From the NCBI GenBank assembly GCA_963693365.1, contig CAVNZM010000001.1:8758907-8822906 (forward strand): 64,000 nucleotides of DNA, written 5' to 3'. The translations under genes were made by a program, and so were the position numbers. Positions 40,021 through 55,025 of this stretch are shown one piece after another (positions within the stretch are counted from its first letter, which is position 1; each line of letters begins with the position of its first letter). This DNA is from Amoebidium appalachense. Its lineage: Eukaryota; Protista; Ichthyosporea. The notes beneath the pieces are model-generated. The model saw only the letters and a program-made list of their open reading frames with translations, searched no databases and had not been told where the DNA came from.

Positions 40021-40584
40021 TTATGCCACTGGGTGAGGTTATACGAGGGAGGTTGTGAAGGGAAATGCTTGGCTGGGGCCAGGTTGCCACCCGCCAACAA
40101 AGATACAAAGAAACTGGGCCCTCCGGAAGCAGAATGACTCAAAATTTAATGAATTATAGCCTCCGAGGACTCCCTGTGAGAGATCCATTGGTCTAGGGGA
40201 AAGGGGGGGAGGGGGGCGGGGGGAGGGGGAGGGGGGCTGCGGCCTGCGGGCCGGGGGAGAGGGCAGGGGGGGGGGGGGGGGGGGGGGGGGGGAGGGGGGG
40301 GAGGGGGAGGGGGGGGGAGGGGGAAGAGGGGAGGGGGGTCCACCGTGAGTGTGTAGCCTGCCAGACATTTTTGTACAAAATGTAGATTTAACAGCTAGTC
40401 TAAGAATAGATGTTGCACAAGGTGTAATATGATCATCAAATGGCTACATGTCTGACCATACAGATGGATACTGTTCACATACTGACGATAATGCCAATCT
40501 GGCATCATCAGCAGAAAACTTCATCGGACTTCAAAATGTGTGAAAATTACTACCGTAACACACAGCGGCACAAACACACACATG

Positions 40585-40625
<41 letters not shown>

Positions 40626-40644
40626 AAAACACACACACATGCAG

Positions 40645-40675
<31 letters not shown>

Positions 40676-41366
40676 ACACACACACACACACAAACACAAA
40701 ACCACAAAAACAACACACATGCAGCACACACACACATGCCGCACGCAGACACATACACACACTGTCAAAACTTTGATTCACTCCGGGAGCCAGTGGCATC
40801 CAACAGTGTTGGTTGACCTAGATCTACCGAGGCTCACTTTATGTATTTTCAAAGCATTAAATGTTTTCCACTCACTCATGCATTTGATCAATGATTTTCA
40901 TCAGTCTGGTGACCAGCACCCATGCTCACCTCTTCGGGCACCCAATTAGCTAAGTTACACGTTAATTAAATTCGTCTCACTGCCAGGACAGAGCCTATCA
41001 ATTTAATTCAGGCCGCAGCTTAGTTGAGGTTAAGATCATGTTTACAAAGCGCACGCTGCGCCTTTCTTAATAAAATGGTAGAACACTATTTATACTCATT
41101 AGGCTGCGCTAAAAATTATCATATATAGTAGACCAAGAGTCGTGATTGCAAATTGAATAATCCTAACACTGAACTAGTACTCTGGTTTCTTCTCATAAAA
41201 AGCATCACACATTCTTCTTCATCACACTTACCACTTACAAACCCGCATCACTTTCATCTTCCTTTCATTCCAATTACGCTGTACACATTACAATAAATTA
41301 GTAGCTCAATAATTAAAACGTTTAACATATACGAGTCGCAAAAAGGCCACTAGGGGTTAATTATGA

Positions 41367-42281
41367 TTAAGCTGCTACCATTGTTCGAGCCGAAACGTCA
41401 TCGCACCGCAACTTTTTCGAGTTGCTTTGCATCACGCGTCGCGGAAGCTCATCTACCATCTGTCTTTTCATGCATGCAGTACTTGTCCCCGGCGTCGTCA
41501 GTGGTGTGTTCGTACTACTAGTAATAGGAGTAAGAGGCGGGCTTTGTAGGGTTAACGTTGCATCTTGCGACGACCCTCTCAGCATCTGCAGCCCGGCCAG
41601 GCCCAGGATCTGATGCCGTAATGCGATCATCACTAAGCGGTAGGTCATTGAATCTCCGGCTTGCGCCACGTATTTTGCCATCCAACGTTGAAAAAGCTCG
41701 TTGGAGATGAACAGATCGAAGTCCAAAACGTACAGAAGATTGCACTCGAGCTGATTCAAAACGGGGATCGGGATACCAGCAATGTCAGCCCACACGGCGT
41801 TTTTCTTGCGCTCGTCATAGAGATACTTGTCCGCCAGAAGGGCGGTGCCGATGAACTGACAAAATGGGCACAGAGTGATGCGCCCCAGCTTCTGCCAGTT
41901 GACCTCACAAGCAGGAAAAAACCTTTCCTTCATCTCCGCATTCGAATTGGTGGTGATGTGTGCGTCGGCCGCAGCGGTCTTATGGCAGGAAACAAGGTCA
42001 ATTGACGGTGTTGGTGGGGGTGTTGGCAAGCTGAACTCGTCGCTACTGGCTCTCACATGTGAAGTTTTTTGGGTGCACGTGGTGTGAGATAACAATGTTT
42101 TTTGTGCACGGGCCGAACAAACTGCCTCATTTGCTCGATGGGAATAGATGAGGCCTGTGAGGAAGGAGGCCTTTATCATCTTAGTGCGTTGCATTACTTG
42201 CTGCACGAACGATCCTAATTGGATGGGTCCTGAATGGTACTCGCAGGCAAATGTTTTGGGGTTTACAACAGTGGACTGCAT
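41367..42281 (-). CDS. Intronless Pho80/Pcl/Clg1-type cyclin-fold protein, 304 aa
   Basis: Single non-repetitive ORF with the cyclin-box pattern FVQQVMQRT...GLIYSHR ... FIGTALLADKYLYD...NAVWADIAGIPIPVLNQLECNLLYVLDFDLFIS. Confidence 0.85.
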   Translation of the reverse strand: MQSTVVNPKTFACEYHSGPIQLGSFVQQVMQRTKMIKASFLTGLIYSHRANEAVCSARAQKTLLSHTTCTQKTSHVRASSDEFSLPTPPPTPSIDLVSCHKTAAADAHITTNSNAEMKERFFPACEVNWQKLGRITLCPFCQFIGTALLADKYLYDERKKNAVWADIAGIPIPVLNQLECNLLYVLDFDLFISNELFQRWMAKYVAQAGDSMTYRLVMIALRHQILGLAGLQMLRGSSQDATLTLQSPPLTPITSSTNTPLTTPGTSTACMKRQMVDELPRRVMQSNSKKLRCDDVSARTMVAA

Positions 42282-45200
42282 CTTGAAATGAGTGGTTAGG
42301 TTGTGCCTACAGTACTATAGTTGTAAAAGCTCGAAGATGATTAAGAAAGGAGTCGATTGAGAATGGGTGTGCTTCAGTAGTCTGGCTGTAGGTGAGGGTC
42401 ATTGGTAGAACTAACGTTGACAGTGTATTGTTATGGTGACTACGGCGTGTCCATACGTGTATCACAGTTGCAGATGATGAATAACGACACAAGCATTTGC
42501 TATTTGCTAAGTTCATATATGTACGTGGGACACCGCCGGACACTGTTGTCTTACTGCTAATTATACAGCAGTCACTTATTACATAAGAACTATATAGATA
42601 TAACAATAAAAAAAAGTAGGAATCTTGAAAAAACTTTCCCACAACGTTTTTCTAGCGTGTACGTGCCACATGCATGTAAACCTGTTGCGCACAGCTGAAC
42701 AAGTATGTATGTACAGAAGGTGCGTATTTCAGACACGTTTGTGAGACGTGACGAAACGGATAAGTATCAACACGGGGCCACTGAGGTTCTCAGTTGTCCT
42801 ATGGGGCATTTTATACTCAGGCACCCAAATACCAAATTGTGGAATCCCCCGGGGACCGGAGCAGGAAGGAGGTGAGCATCATCTGATCTGACTGTCTGAG
42901 CTGCCTGCCTCAGTGCCTCATCACAAATAAAAAAGTTGAAAAGCCACAGCCATGCTATTCCATATCATGGGTCAATCCAATTCCGGCCACTTACTCTGAG
43001 GGCACGTGAGCAAAATGTACGTATGTATACCTTGGATCATGTCGGATGATTATTCGTCATGTTGTGGTATACTGTGCTGGTTTCCAGTATGTTAATAGAT
43101 ACATGTGAATGCAATTCTGTAAATAGTATATGTGCGACAACAGCTAATTATATGCATATATCAGCCCAATCCGTATAAATACTTAGCGCTAGCACAAACA
43201 CCATTTCATTCATAGGCAGCCTATTGTAGCGGGTCACGCGTGCGTGCCCATGCGCAGCATCATTCACGCATGAGCCGCCGAATATTGGAACAATAATAAT
43301 TCTTCCAACACTATATTTATAATACCGCATATTATTTAGCCCTCCCTGGCACCCTGCTATCATGATGCACATTTGCGGGAGCAGGCCTAGCTAGCTTCGA
43401 GCTCTCGCGGGCATAAAGCTTGAGGGATCAATCATCGATATCCCCATCTTGATGTCATCATGTTCGAGCACCTATCATCTCTGTTTTTCTAATTATTGTA
43501 CACAACGCATTAGCATTTTCTCGCGCATGCATGCACCGTTAGCATAGTATTACTGCACTGCAGGCAAGTACGTCACCGACACAAATATGCATACGTCGTC
43601 AGGACTCAGATGAGGACCATGGGCAGATGCCAAGATCTACTCAAGTTTTCTTTTGACTCGGGTTTATTGATCCGTTGATGAAGGCAACGTGCAGCCACAG
43701 GCTACATAACCACCAATAGAACTGAAAAAGCCAAAGCTACGAAATAAAAATAAAGCGACAAGTAACAAAGGACACCAGCGGGCAAAACCTTAAGTGTACG
43801 TGTATGCGTGAAACAAGTTTGCTCCAACTAGTCATATGCATCGATGTTGACCAGACCACACTCCGCAAGAAGACATCGTGACTGCTCCTTCCAGTTCAAA
43901 AGATGTGACCGGAATTACAGGGACTTCAGTGAGCCATATGGTGCAGTCGTTAGCTGGCTGCCAGATGACACCTTCATATTTCCGGTTTTATATGACGAAT
44001 TCGGATTTTCGGATTCAACATGTACCCTTGTGAATTCGCCTTGGCAAATGCAGCACTGTAAAACTCAAAACAGTATCTTCACTAAAGTAGACCAAGCTCG
44101 TGTACATGTGCAAAAAAAATTTTAGCGTAAAATTTACTAAACCCCCCAAAATTGGCCTCAAAGCATGAATCATAGGAGGCTATATTGTCAGGACTCGGAG
44201 GTGCCACGGCCACACCGTGACCTAGTGAAACAAGTCAAAAGAAAAAAGTGAAACAAGACACTGGACAAACTTCGGTGTATTTGTTCCTCATTTCCAACCT
44301 TTTCCGGTCGGTAGCCGCAAGCTGACAGCTGGCCAAAATGAGCAAATTGCCTCTAGGGGATGATTGGATAATAGCGCAGCAAATACCAAGCACTTGATTG
44401 GCTGTTGACGAATGGCCTCCGATGTAAACAAACAATCCTAGACTGCGATATTTTCATATAAAACACCAGTCGATGAAAGATCGTTTTTTGTTCCTGTACT
44501 GTTACAGTAGTTACATATGGAGACCTCTAGATATAAAACTGCCCGGGCCACACGTATATACTGCCGGTAGCAAAAAAGGGTATTATTCTCGGAGCAAATG
44601 GAAACTCATATTCCAATATAGCATATAAAACACACTAAAAATATGTTGGCATGTGTATATCGGGATCACCTAACAACGTTCTATAGCTATAAATAAGCTT
44701 AACTATACATATGCATGGTCAACTGCAGTATGGAAACAAAAGGTTACAATTGCCGAACAGAATAAAGGTGAACCGAAATACTATATAGATATAGCGCAAT
44801 ACGACTGAGTGCAGCATGGTGCATGATATAGTACTATTATTTCTTCTTCGTTTCTGAAAATTCATTGGGGGAAATTCGGCAGCTCCCTTACTATGAAGCA
44901 TTTGCTCTACTAGGAGTAAATTCCTTACTATGAAGCATTTGCTCTAGAGTAAATTCTGCAGCCCTGGTATTTAAGATTGCTATATATAGGGGCTTACTGA
45001 AATATATAGAATCTACATGAGTTAAACACTGCACTTTTGTAAGTTAAACTAAGTTTACAAATTGAACCAACTAAAATAACGCGACGTACGTGTGCATAAT
45101 TCTATTGCATACTGTTTAGAAATATCCTACAGTTTAGTTTAGGGAGAGTTTGCAGTTAGCATATCGAATTTATCGATCCCCAAAACGATTTTCATTGGCT

Positions 45201-48200
45201 TCTGGCACAAATTTCTCATCTGGCCGGGCGGATGGCACAATTAGTAAGGGTATCTAATGTAAGACTATCGGTACACTCTATATTGATGGGGTGGTCTTGG
45301 CCAGGGCACCCACCCACGGCCACACTTGCCAACACTTGACTTGAGACAGATGGCTTTGGACGTAAAGCTGCCACAGTGCTCGATTTTGGCGCTGGCATAC
45401 GAATTCAGAAGCATGATGTGACGCAAAATCTCGGAAGTTCCGGAACCATTCTAAACATCAGCTGGGCATTTGCTTTTTTCATAGTCTAGTACTAATATAT
45501 TACATAATTAGTGTGGATATATTGACTCACGTGTTGGAAACTGTGCTGGTCTTCCTTATTGAATAGAATTGCAGCTGCAGGAGAACGTTCCCAGGTAGTA
45601 AGTATACCGATGATCGGGCCATCCGTGCTTTTTTATTAATATAAAAATTAGTATAATCGTTGTCACTGATTGTTTTCAAAGTTTGGTGGGTGCACTCCCT
45701 GGTGCACAATGCAAAGCACTCAACTTGAAGGTATGATATCACTCGGCTTGGTGTGCCATGCATGTACCGTTCTTGCATGCTTTTCCATAAAAACGCGGGC
45801 CGCTAGCACACGGTCACTGAAACAGTGCGCCGCATGCGCATGGGTGCAGGCTACATGTGCACATGTGAAATTAGGCGGAGTGTGGACACAGAATTTAGAC
45901 CCTGAAACACCGAAAATTTTCCATTACTTTCATTAATGACTTTTGCCTGAGCTTAGGTCCACCAATTTTATAACCAGTGGCTCTAGTACAGCAAAAAAGT
46001 TGCTAAAACGGCGCCAGACACTCAGACTGAGTGGGCCAAAAATAAATTTCACACCCTACATCGGATGGGTGCTCGAGCGACGAGTCGACTATAGTCGAGC
46101 TTGCTAAGATCAGATCAAGCGACGTCAAGAATGTGTAGAGGTATGTGTCAATTCCAGGACTGAGTGTTGCAGGCAGGACATGCCACTCTCTTCTACATAA
46201 CATCTATTTTCTACTTTTCATCTTTGAACATGAGCTGAGTTGATAAGTAATGACTATTTGCATCGCTGACGTGCCACGGACACGGTGTGATGATCTCACA
46301 GGTCATGAGGCGAGTAAGATCAGATGGCATATGAGCACCGTAGTGGCTTAGATATGCATTCAAATATTCTAACCTCGGTATCGTGCTTGATTCCAGTATT
46401 TCAGCTGCAGACTCAGAGTGCTTTGGGCCGAGCATATATACATATCATACAGCATGATACATGATTGTACAGTGATGGAGAGATAATTATATATATATAT
46501 GGTACCGGTCTCATGAAGATCTATAGATTCTGAGCGAATCTCCACTGAGAGTCACGGTGGTTACAGATGCTGAGATGCATTGTTTATCCGTCACAGAGTC
46601 TTTGTCGAATGCATGGCAGTGCCTCATCGATACTAATCCGTGGGGTTTACTCACTTTTTATTGCGTGGACACTGCCGGAGGCCCAGCCACATTCGACGGC
46701 CTACTGCGTTTTCCAGCGCAGCCAATCAAATGCAGCCAGTGACATATGTACATGCTAGGCAACAATGAGCGCCATCAATACTTCAATACTAATACTATAG
46801 AGCGCCCCCAAGTACTTAGGAAGAAGTTCGTATTTTGGATATATTAGTATATCCCAGTGTAATAGCTCAGATGCTGTATCAGTATCAGTGTGTATCATGT
46901 AATAAAGGTGTCGCGTCGATGAAGTTATGAAATTTTATGATCTAGGTTGCAGAAAAATGTGTATCGGTATGCATTCTCTAAGATCGTACGTGGTGCGCCT
47001 CCTTGCGCACTTTCTTCTTAAAAATATCTAGAAACCATATCTGAAGTTCTGTACTCACACTCTTCTTAAAAATATCTAGAAACCATATCTGAAGTCTAGT
47101 CGTAGTATATGACACCCCTATTACATATTATGGGTAAGCAGAGGCTAGCATCGGTAGCTCCGAAAGAAAGTTAAGGCACCGGATCACAATATCATACTGT
47201 GCAGCATTAATAAGGTGATCTAGGATATATATAGTCATCTTAAAACGGATATATTGAGGAAGAGAGGAAGAAAAGAGAATAAAACCACCAATAACCTCCG
47301 GTTCTAATACGTTAGCTGACAGCCTGACAGGTTGCACTTATTGATAGATATGCAGCCGCGAGTAAACCGCCCCCCACACATATTACACATACGAGCAGGA
47401 GACACCAGAAACGGATTACACCGGCCGCCAATCCATAATCATCTTTGCGTTTTTACACCACACCACATTACGAATAAACGAATCTATATATGAACGAGAC
47501 TCTCTAACCGTGTCCGCCATATAGGCTACTAGTAGTTGGTGTTTTTGCGGTCCTAACACCGGAAGGGACTCTACTAATCCGTGCCATATGATGCATCTGA
47601 CCCTGAGTACGGTACCGGTGGAGGCCGCAGCAGTCACTGACGAGATCTACAGAGCCCATGCATGCAGGGCCTTCGGAATCCATAATCCTATCTATTGATC
47701 AATCATCGGTTACCGTAGAAAACTTTCAAAATCATGATGGCCTGAGAATAGTCACAATGTCATATACTCAAAGTTAGTTAACAATATCATCGATATATAT
47801 GGAAATCATGCAATTCTGCCCAGGGTGTACATGTCACGTGACCGTGACACAAGGCCTGAAATTCGAATCATGAAGTTTTTATATGATGTCAGTGATGGCC
47901 AGGCTTCGGTCGCTACAAATTTCCTGCTCACGATACCTTTGGCAATGTCGGTGGCTTTATTGGCAGTGATGATTATCTGTTCCTGAATAATTTAATAAGG
48001 ACTGGGGCACTGTACGTTAGACTAGTGAGAGCTGTCTCACCGTATCATACATAATAAACTGAGTATCTTTTAGATTCTCAATAATACGAAAAGTTACCGT
48101 TGAATGTTCGTGCAATTATTGTCAGGGTGCAAAGCTCTGGCCCGCACGTAACTACAAGTATGTGTGGTGTGTTTGGCCGGTGCCTCTTCGAACTCAGGCC

Positions 48201-48889
48201 GCCGCCGGTGCTCAGAGCTCGCTCGGCATGGAGCGAGCTCTGAGTGAGGATTCACTGAAGAGCCGATCGACGGCTCCGCCTTGAACCTCGTGCACCTGAG
48301 ACACGCGTGCCAATGTGCGACGCGTGCGGCGGGTGACGCGGTGCACGGCGATGCTCAGGTCGTCCGTGACACGCCGTGTGCCACGGTGTGCGTGTGACGC
48401 ATGCACTCAATTATTTATGGGTCACCTACAATATATAGTAGCTAGACTACTATGTCACAATAAGCAGGGTACTTTTTTTTGGTTTTATAAAATAGGCCGC
48501 ATGCACATCCATATGCTGGCTGCACCGCCGTCTTTATAGGCTGTATTATAAATATATAATGATCACTGAGAGCAGACTGAGTGGGCCAGGCGCCATGGCC
48601 ACTCTTTCGGACGGGGTGCTCTGAATTCCTAATCCTTCAACAGCGTAAGGTAGTAGTCGACGTCATTATCAAACTCAGATAGATCTATACAATGATGCAC
48701 TAGCTTAATTGCAGAGTTTGTAGACTAAGCAGTCTTAAGACTACATAGACTATGCCATCTACAGCGCTAGCAGCTGCAGGCCTGGCAACTGTGGTAAATC
48801 AGGTAAGATACATAAGGGACACTTTTTGATTTTGTTACGATATGAATGAATCATTCATAATTGTTATCATATGTATGCATGGTAGTACA

Positions 48890-48943
<54 letters not shown>

Positions 48944-49744
48944 TTCCCGGGGGCCCCTCTATATCCTCACTTTTGGGGGAGGGGGGGGGGGGGGGGGGGG
49001 AGAAGGGGGAAAGGGGGGAAGGGGGACTCGTGAGGGGCCCCTCATGGGTGGAAAGGGGGGGGGGGGGGGGGGGAGGGGGAGGGGGGCATAGATGGTAGTG
49101 GCACACTTCAGTGCTTGGTCACTGCATGGGTAATCATGACTGCCATGATTGCCAATGACGCATATCATATTGATTCAATATGTAGTGATTCGAGTCACTG
49201 TACTAGTATGTGATAATATTATACGTGCTACCGTACAGTGTACAAAGTACAGTATTTGCATATTCAATATCATGAGCTGCGAGGGATTTAATCACACTGT
49301 CAGAGATGATCATTATGGCACCATGGCTGGCCATGAGAGTTTTGATATGGCCCAGGGCATTCATTTTTCAAGCAGCCTACGGCAAAGGCATAGGCTGATA
49401 CAATAAATAATGACACTAAGTTCAAGCTACTAGCTAGCTTGAAGTAAATACCTGACATATGATCCCCCCCCCCCCCCAGCTTCCCCCCCTACCCCCACCC
49501 GTCCCTGAGGCTCCCCTTCTCGCCGTCCGGCGGCCGAGGCGGCCGCACAGGGGCTCGCTGTTTCCGCTACTCCGCGAGTTACGCCGACACCCTGTATCCT
49601 GGGTTCGGAACACTCTCTCGCCGTCAAACTTTAAGCATCATGTGGTATGGTATGATGATGGCTTATTGCTCTGTGACTTGCCCTCTCCTCAGGCTGAGAT
49701 GGCCCCGCTGTACTACCTGTGACGAAGTTCAATCTTACATGATG

Positions 49745-49846
49745 CCGTCCGCCATTAAGAACCCCCCCCAACTTGAACGTGGTCGCGGTGCATGTTCTCA
49801 ACTTTTTTGGACGACCGCTATCATATTCTTAATGGCACCGTACGCG

Positions 49847-49879
<33 letters not shown>

Positions 49880-50197
49880 GGGGGGGGGGGGGGGGGAGGG
49901 GGGGGGCTGGGGCCCGGGCTGGGGCTGGGGGGGGGGGGGGGGGGTGAGGGGGAGGGCAGGGGGGAGAGGGAGGCCGGGACTCACGGGGAGGGTTGGGGTG
50001 TGTGTGCGTGTGTGTAAAGGGGGGGGGGGGGGGGGGGGGGGATAGGGGGCATGAGTATGCATCATACGAAAAGCTTCTAGGTCAGTCTGCCATCATTGAA
50101 GAATATCACGAATTATGGCCGCGGTGCATATTCTTTAAAAAAAACCGACTTGGCCGCTAAAGTATTCTTATTGGCGGGTATTCTTAATGGTGGACGT
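49745..50197. mobile_element. Decayed pogo/Tigger-like MITE
   Basis: Left cgtccgccattaagaa versus right ttcttaatggtggacg (15/16 inverted match). The subterminal module gg.cgcggtgcat.ttct...tattctta is present twice; the TA flanks are degenerate. Confidence 0.55.
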
Positions 50198-50401
50198 TAT
50201 CTGTATGCATTGTGCTCACAACCGGGGTGGCGAATCTTGCCCTCGTCGCCACCCCGGCGGGCCCCCCAATCACCCCCCGGTGCCTCCTTCTCCCTGAGCC
50301 CCCCCTCCCCCCCCTCCCGGGACCTCCTTCTCCCCCTCCCTCCCCCCCCCCCCCCCCCCTCCCCTCCCCCCCCCGGGCTCTCCCACGCACGCACGCACAC
50401 A

Positions 50402-50576
<175 letters not shown>

Positions 50577-50779
50577 GCACTGCGCACACGCACACACAGA
50601 GTCTCGTGCACGCACATGCACACATGCACGCACGCACCGTGACACGCACGCACGCATGCACGCATGCACGGGGGCCGCACGCACGTTGGAGCGCGCGCGC
50701 ACACGTACGTACGCACACATGCACACGCACGCACACTGTACACACACACACACACACACAGGCATGCGCACTGTCGCGT

Positions 50780-50918
<139 letters not shown>

Positions 50919-51029
50919 TGGGGCGCAATGCGTACCGTGACACATAATGTAGCTTGCATGCACACACTGCAGGAGGCAGTGCATCATTTCCTGGACCTGA
51001 TACATTGTCATGAATTTTACGCTTTAACG

Positions 51030-51545
51030 ATTTAGCGGAATATTCTGCAGCGAAGGCTTTAAAAAAGGAATTATTCTGTAGAAGCAGAATTATTTTCGCT
51101 GCAGAAGCAAAATTACGCTGATAAAATAGGATTAAGCTGGCTGCAGAAGCAGAATTTTTTTGCAGAAGCAGAATATTTTGCAGAAGCAGAATTGTTTTCG
51201 CTGCAGAAGCAGAATTATTCTGCATAAAAAGAATTATGCTGGTTGCAAAAGCAGAAATATTTTTGCATAAGTAAAATTTAGCTGCAGAAGCAGAATTATT
51301 CACAGTGTTATGCAGAAGTAAAATGATTCTGCAGAAGCAGAATTATTCTTAAGTAGAATTATTCTGGCGCAAATAGATTTATTCTGCTGCCGCCGAGCAG
51401 AATACTAATATTAAATCTTCTCAGTCACTTTGATCCTCATATTTCGGCCGGGCACAGCAGAATAATGCGGCTCGCGATCGGAGCAGAAAAATTCTGCTTT
51501 GACTGAATAATCCTACTTAAGCTTAGAGCAGAATAATTCTCAATT
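51030..51545. repeat. Degenerate GCAGAAGCAGAATTATTCTGC repeat block
   Basis: Many gcagaagcagaatt variants, mostly inverted relative to 39740-40020. Confidence 0.75.
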
Positions 51546-52027
51546 CTCAAGAATACGAGCCTATTTTTTGCTGCTGGATCACTGATCTCAGTGCTCGGAG
51601 CACTGACTCTATTGGCATGGGTGGGACTTCACTGAGATGGGTCACCCGCGGCTGGTGAGTATCGGATACTGTATGCCACAGTGTACATAACTTTAAATCG
51701 GATGTGATGTGGAAATACATGTGAATTATTATATATGATGCTAAGAATATGCCGGATGAACTTCGAATCTTTGGACTTGCCAACTAAGATGTATACTAGC
51801 AAATCTTAAACCAGGATGATAATCTTAAAAATCTTAAACTAAGATGAAGATATTGGCGAATCTTAAATGATCATATGCTAATCGGATATTGTACATAGGC
51901 CACTTTCGGTTACTGTGACCCTTTGAGATGGGACCATCAGTGCCGCGGCGCGGGAGGCCGATAGACAATGTGACTGAGGGTCTTCCGGATGCACGCATAT
52001 GTTAGGGATCATTGAATTTGAAATCGG

Positions 52028-52062
<35 letters not shown>

Positions 52063-52151
52063 AAAGTAAATATCAACGTCCCCTCTCGTGGTACGTACCC
52101 CCTCGGCCCCCCCCCTGGGAGGGAGGTACCCACCTGGCCGAGTGGGGAGGT

Positions 52152-52186
<35 letters not shown>

Positions 52187-52261
52187 ATGCGTATGCGCGT
52201 AATCATGGCTGTAATCTCTTTTCTACCCACCAAACTTTAACCAAGGGTTAAGGTTGTTTTC

Positions 52262-52294
<33 letters not shown>

Positions 52295-52342
52295 CTTTGC
52301 CCTTTTCAAATTGCTTCCGTTTTCAAAACTGATGCATACCCT

Positions 52343-52389
<47 letters not shown>

Positions 52390-52574
52390 AGTGTCACACA
52401 CACACACACAAGCACACAAGCACACACGCGCGCGCGTGCACATACACTTCCCATCCCTTCGACGTGCTAATGCTCCTCTTCTGCCAGATGCATACTTTTT
52501 GTGTGTTCTTGCGGCAAGGTCTGCTTTGTGTAGTCCGACTCCAAATGTGTACTAGTTCACTATTACATTGTCGT

Positions 52575-52615
<41 letters not shown>

Positions 52616-53068
52616 CTCCGCCCCTACTACCACTTTGACATGCACACGGTGCACAGTGGCTACACACACTTTGAAAGGTGCCTACTGGTTTCAAATTAGA
52701 ACGTGACTTTGTCCAACTGTGTGTGTATCGTTGTGCCATTACTCCGATTCACTCGCCCTCCGTGCAGAGACAATCCCATTAGTTTGGGTCAGTGCAGTAC
52801 TACTATATACGTGACATAAAAGACTTATAATCCCCCTCCCCCCCCCCCTTCCCCCCCCCTTTGAGGTCCCCCCCCCCCCCCTCCCTCCCCCAAAAACTTT
52901 GAGGGATGGGCTCTGCTTATTATGCATACAAAGTTCACGTTACTACGTGTGGTGCATGGCCTTGCCACGTTAAAAACTTTGCGCCTAAGGTATTGTCGGT
53001 TATTATGTGAATGTGTACTTCCGGCCGACATGACTCCGCCTTATTACCTCTCTCCCTTGCCCCCCCCC

Positions 53069-53123
<55 letters not shown>

Positions 53124-53458
53124 AAACAGGCATTATATTAAAATTATAATTTTTATTTTATTTTATTTTATTTATTTATTTTTTTTTGGGGGGGGGGGGG
53201 GGGGGGGATTGGGTTGGGCTCCTTCTCTTGGCAAGTTGGGGAATGAAGTGTGGCCCACGGAACTAGCTCGGGCCTACAACAGCCGCCGTTCATACATTCA
53301 GATGATATATCATTATCATTTACTAAGTCTGCCCATATATGTCAACCACATAACTTAGAGGTGTGCCAGACACATGGGTTACATACGAATCATTGGGTCG
53401 TGATGTACATTCATGCTCTTTCAACACGAATTGTACATAGGTCCGAGTACAAATTCGA

Positions 53459-53525
<67 letters not shown>

Positions 53526-53897
53526 AGTCCACAAACACACACACACACGTTGACTCCCTCAGAGTCCTTAATGTACCACCATCACCCAACAGACACACAC
53601 GCACGCACGCACGCGCACACACACACACCACACACCCCCGCACGCACGCACACACACGTACGCACATACACGCCATAAAAAAAAAAAAAGAAGAAACACG
53701 CTACTGGCCATCGCTAACATATTATGCGGCACACTAACGACAAACCGACAAAAAACAACCAACCAACCTGCAAACAAACAGCAACGGAAAGGGAAGAAAC
53801 AAAAACAAACAAACAAACAAACAAACAAACAACAAACAAACAAACAAACAAACAAAAAAAAAAAAAAGGAAAAAAAAAAAAAAAAAAAGGCGACACG

Positions 53898-54711
53898 TCA
53901 GTAGAACGGTGTTCTTATCCTGTGTATGGGCACATGTTCCATCACCTTCCATTGCGCCTTCGCATAATCCCAAAGATAAAAGTCGATCGTCACCGCATTC
54001 AACCCCACACCTCCTTCCTCTCTCGTATCTTTACCCTCCCTCCTCCTTTCCCCACCATCCTCTCTCATATCTCCACCTTCCTCTCTAATATCTCCACCTT
54101 CCTCTCTCATATCTCCACCTTCCTCGGTCACGTCCCCATTCTCCTCTCTCATATCTCCACCCTCCTCTTTTACATCTCCACCTTCCTCTGTCATATCCCC
54201 ACCATTTCCCAGCCCCAAACCGCCCCCGCATCTCCTCTTCTCCCCAACCATCCTTTCCACCTCCACACGTATTCTCTCAACAGACCAAATCGAACACCCC
54301 CTAATCTCAATCTCTTCCTCACACCCAGCCGCCAAAATTTCCCCGTTTTTAAGCTTTTCCGAAAGAGTATCGCTGTATTTTATCGCGCCCAAATGCGCGA
54401 GAATTTGAGGTACGCGATAATCGGCAAACATTGTTATAGTATCAATATCTGAAAACGCCCCCAGCCCCCTCCCTTCGGAACACGCCCATATGTCTGCGAC
54501 TAAAATCTGCGCCCGTTTTAGGAACCACACTTTCTGTCCTTGGTATGTGCTTGTGTCGCGGTAGCATGGGAAGTTGTCGATTATTAGTTGGAGGAGGGTT
54601 TGGGCGCTGCCTTCACACGTCTGTGCGTGTGTGTACGTGTGTGTGTGTGTGTGTGTGTGTTTGAGGGGGGAGGGGGTGTTTGTGTGTGTGTGTGTTTGAG
54701 GGGGGAGGGGG

Positions 54712-54757
<46 letters not shown>

Positions 54758-54958
54758 AGGGGGTTTGAATGCGGAACACAGTACGAAGTACGCATACACG
54801 ATGAGAAGCATGGTGCAGGACACAAGCAAAGGCAAACATTCAAGTATGCAACATCAGCCATGCGCACAGTATGCGTCATAAGCAGAGCCCATCCTCAGGG
54901 TGTGTTTGAGGGGGGAGGGGGTGTTTGTGTGTGTGTGTGTGTTTGAGGGGGGAGGGGG

Positions 54959-55025
<67 letters not shown>

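Noticed and set aside
44886-47096. Short tandem duplications at 44886-44955 and 47011-47096 (also 38320-38430 and 60885-60960)
   Set aside because: Ordinary two-copy slippage duplications with no further structure; they do show that background duplication is common here.
42300-48890. Endogenous virus or LTR retrotransposon body
   Set aside because: No long ORFs or recognisable RT, integrase, capsid or polymerase motifs, and no LTR pair seen.
53230-53320. VWPTELARAYNSRR as a possible integrase fragment
   Set aside because: Too short, with no DDE motifs or extended ORF.
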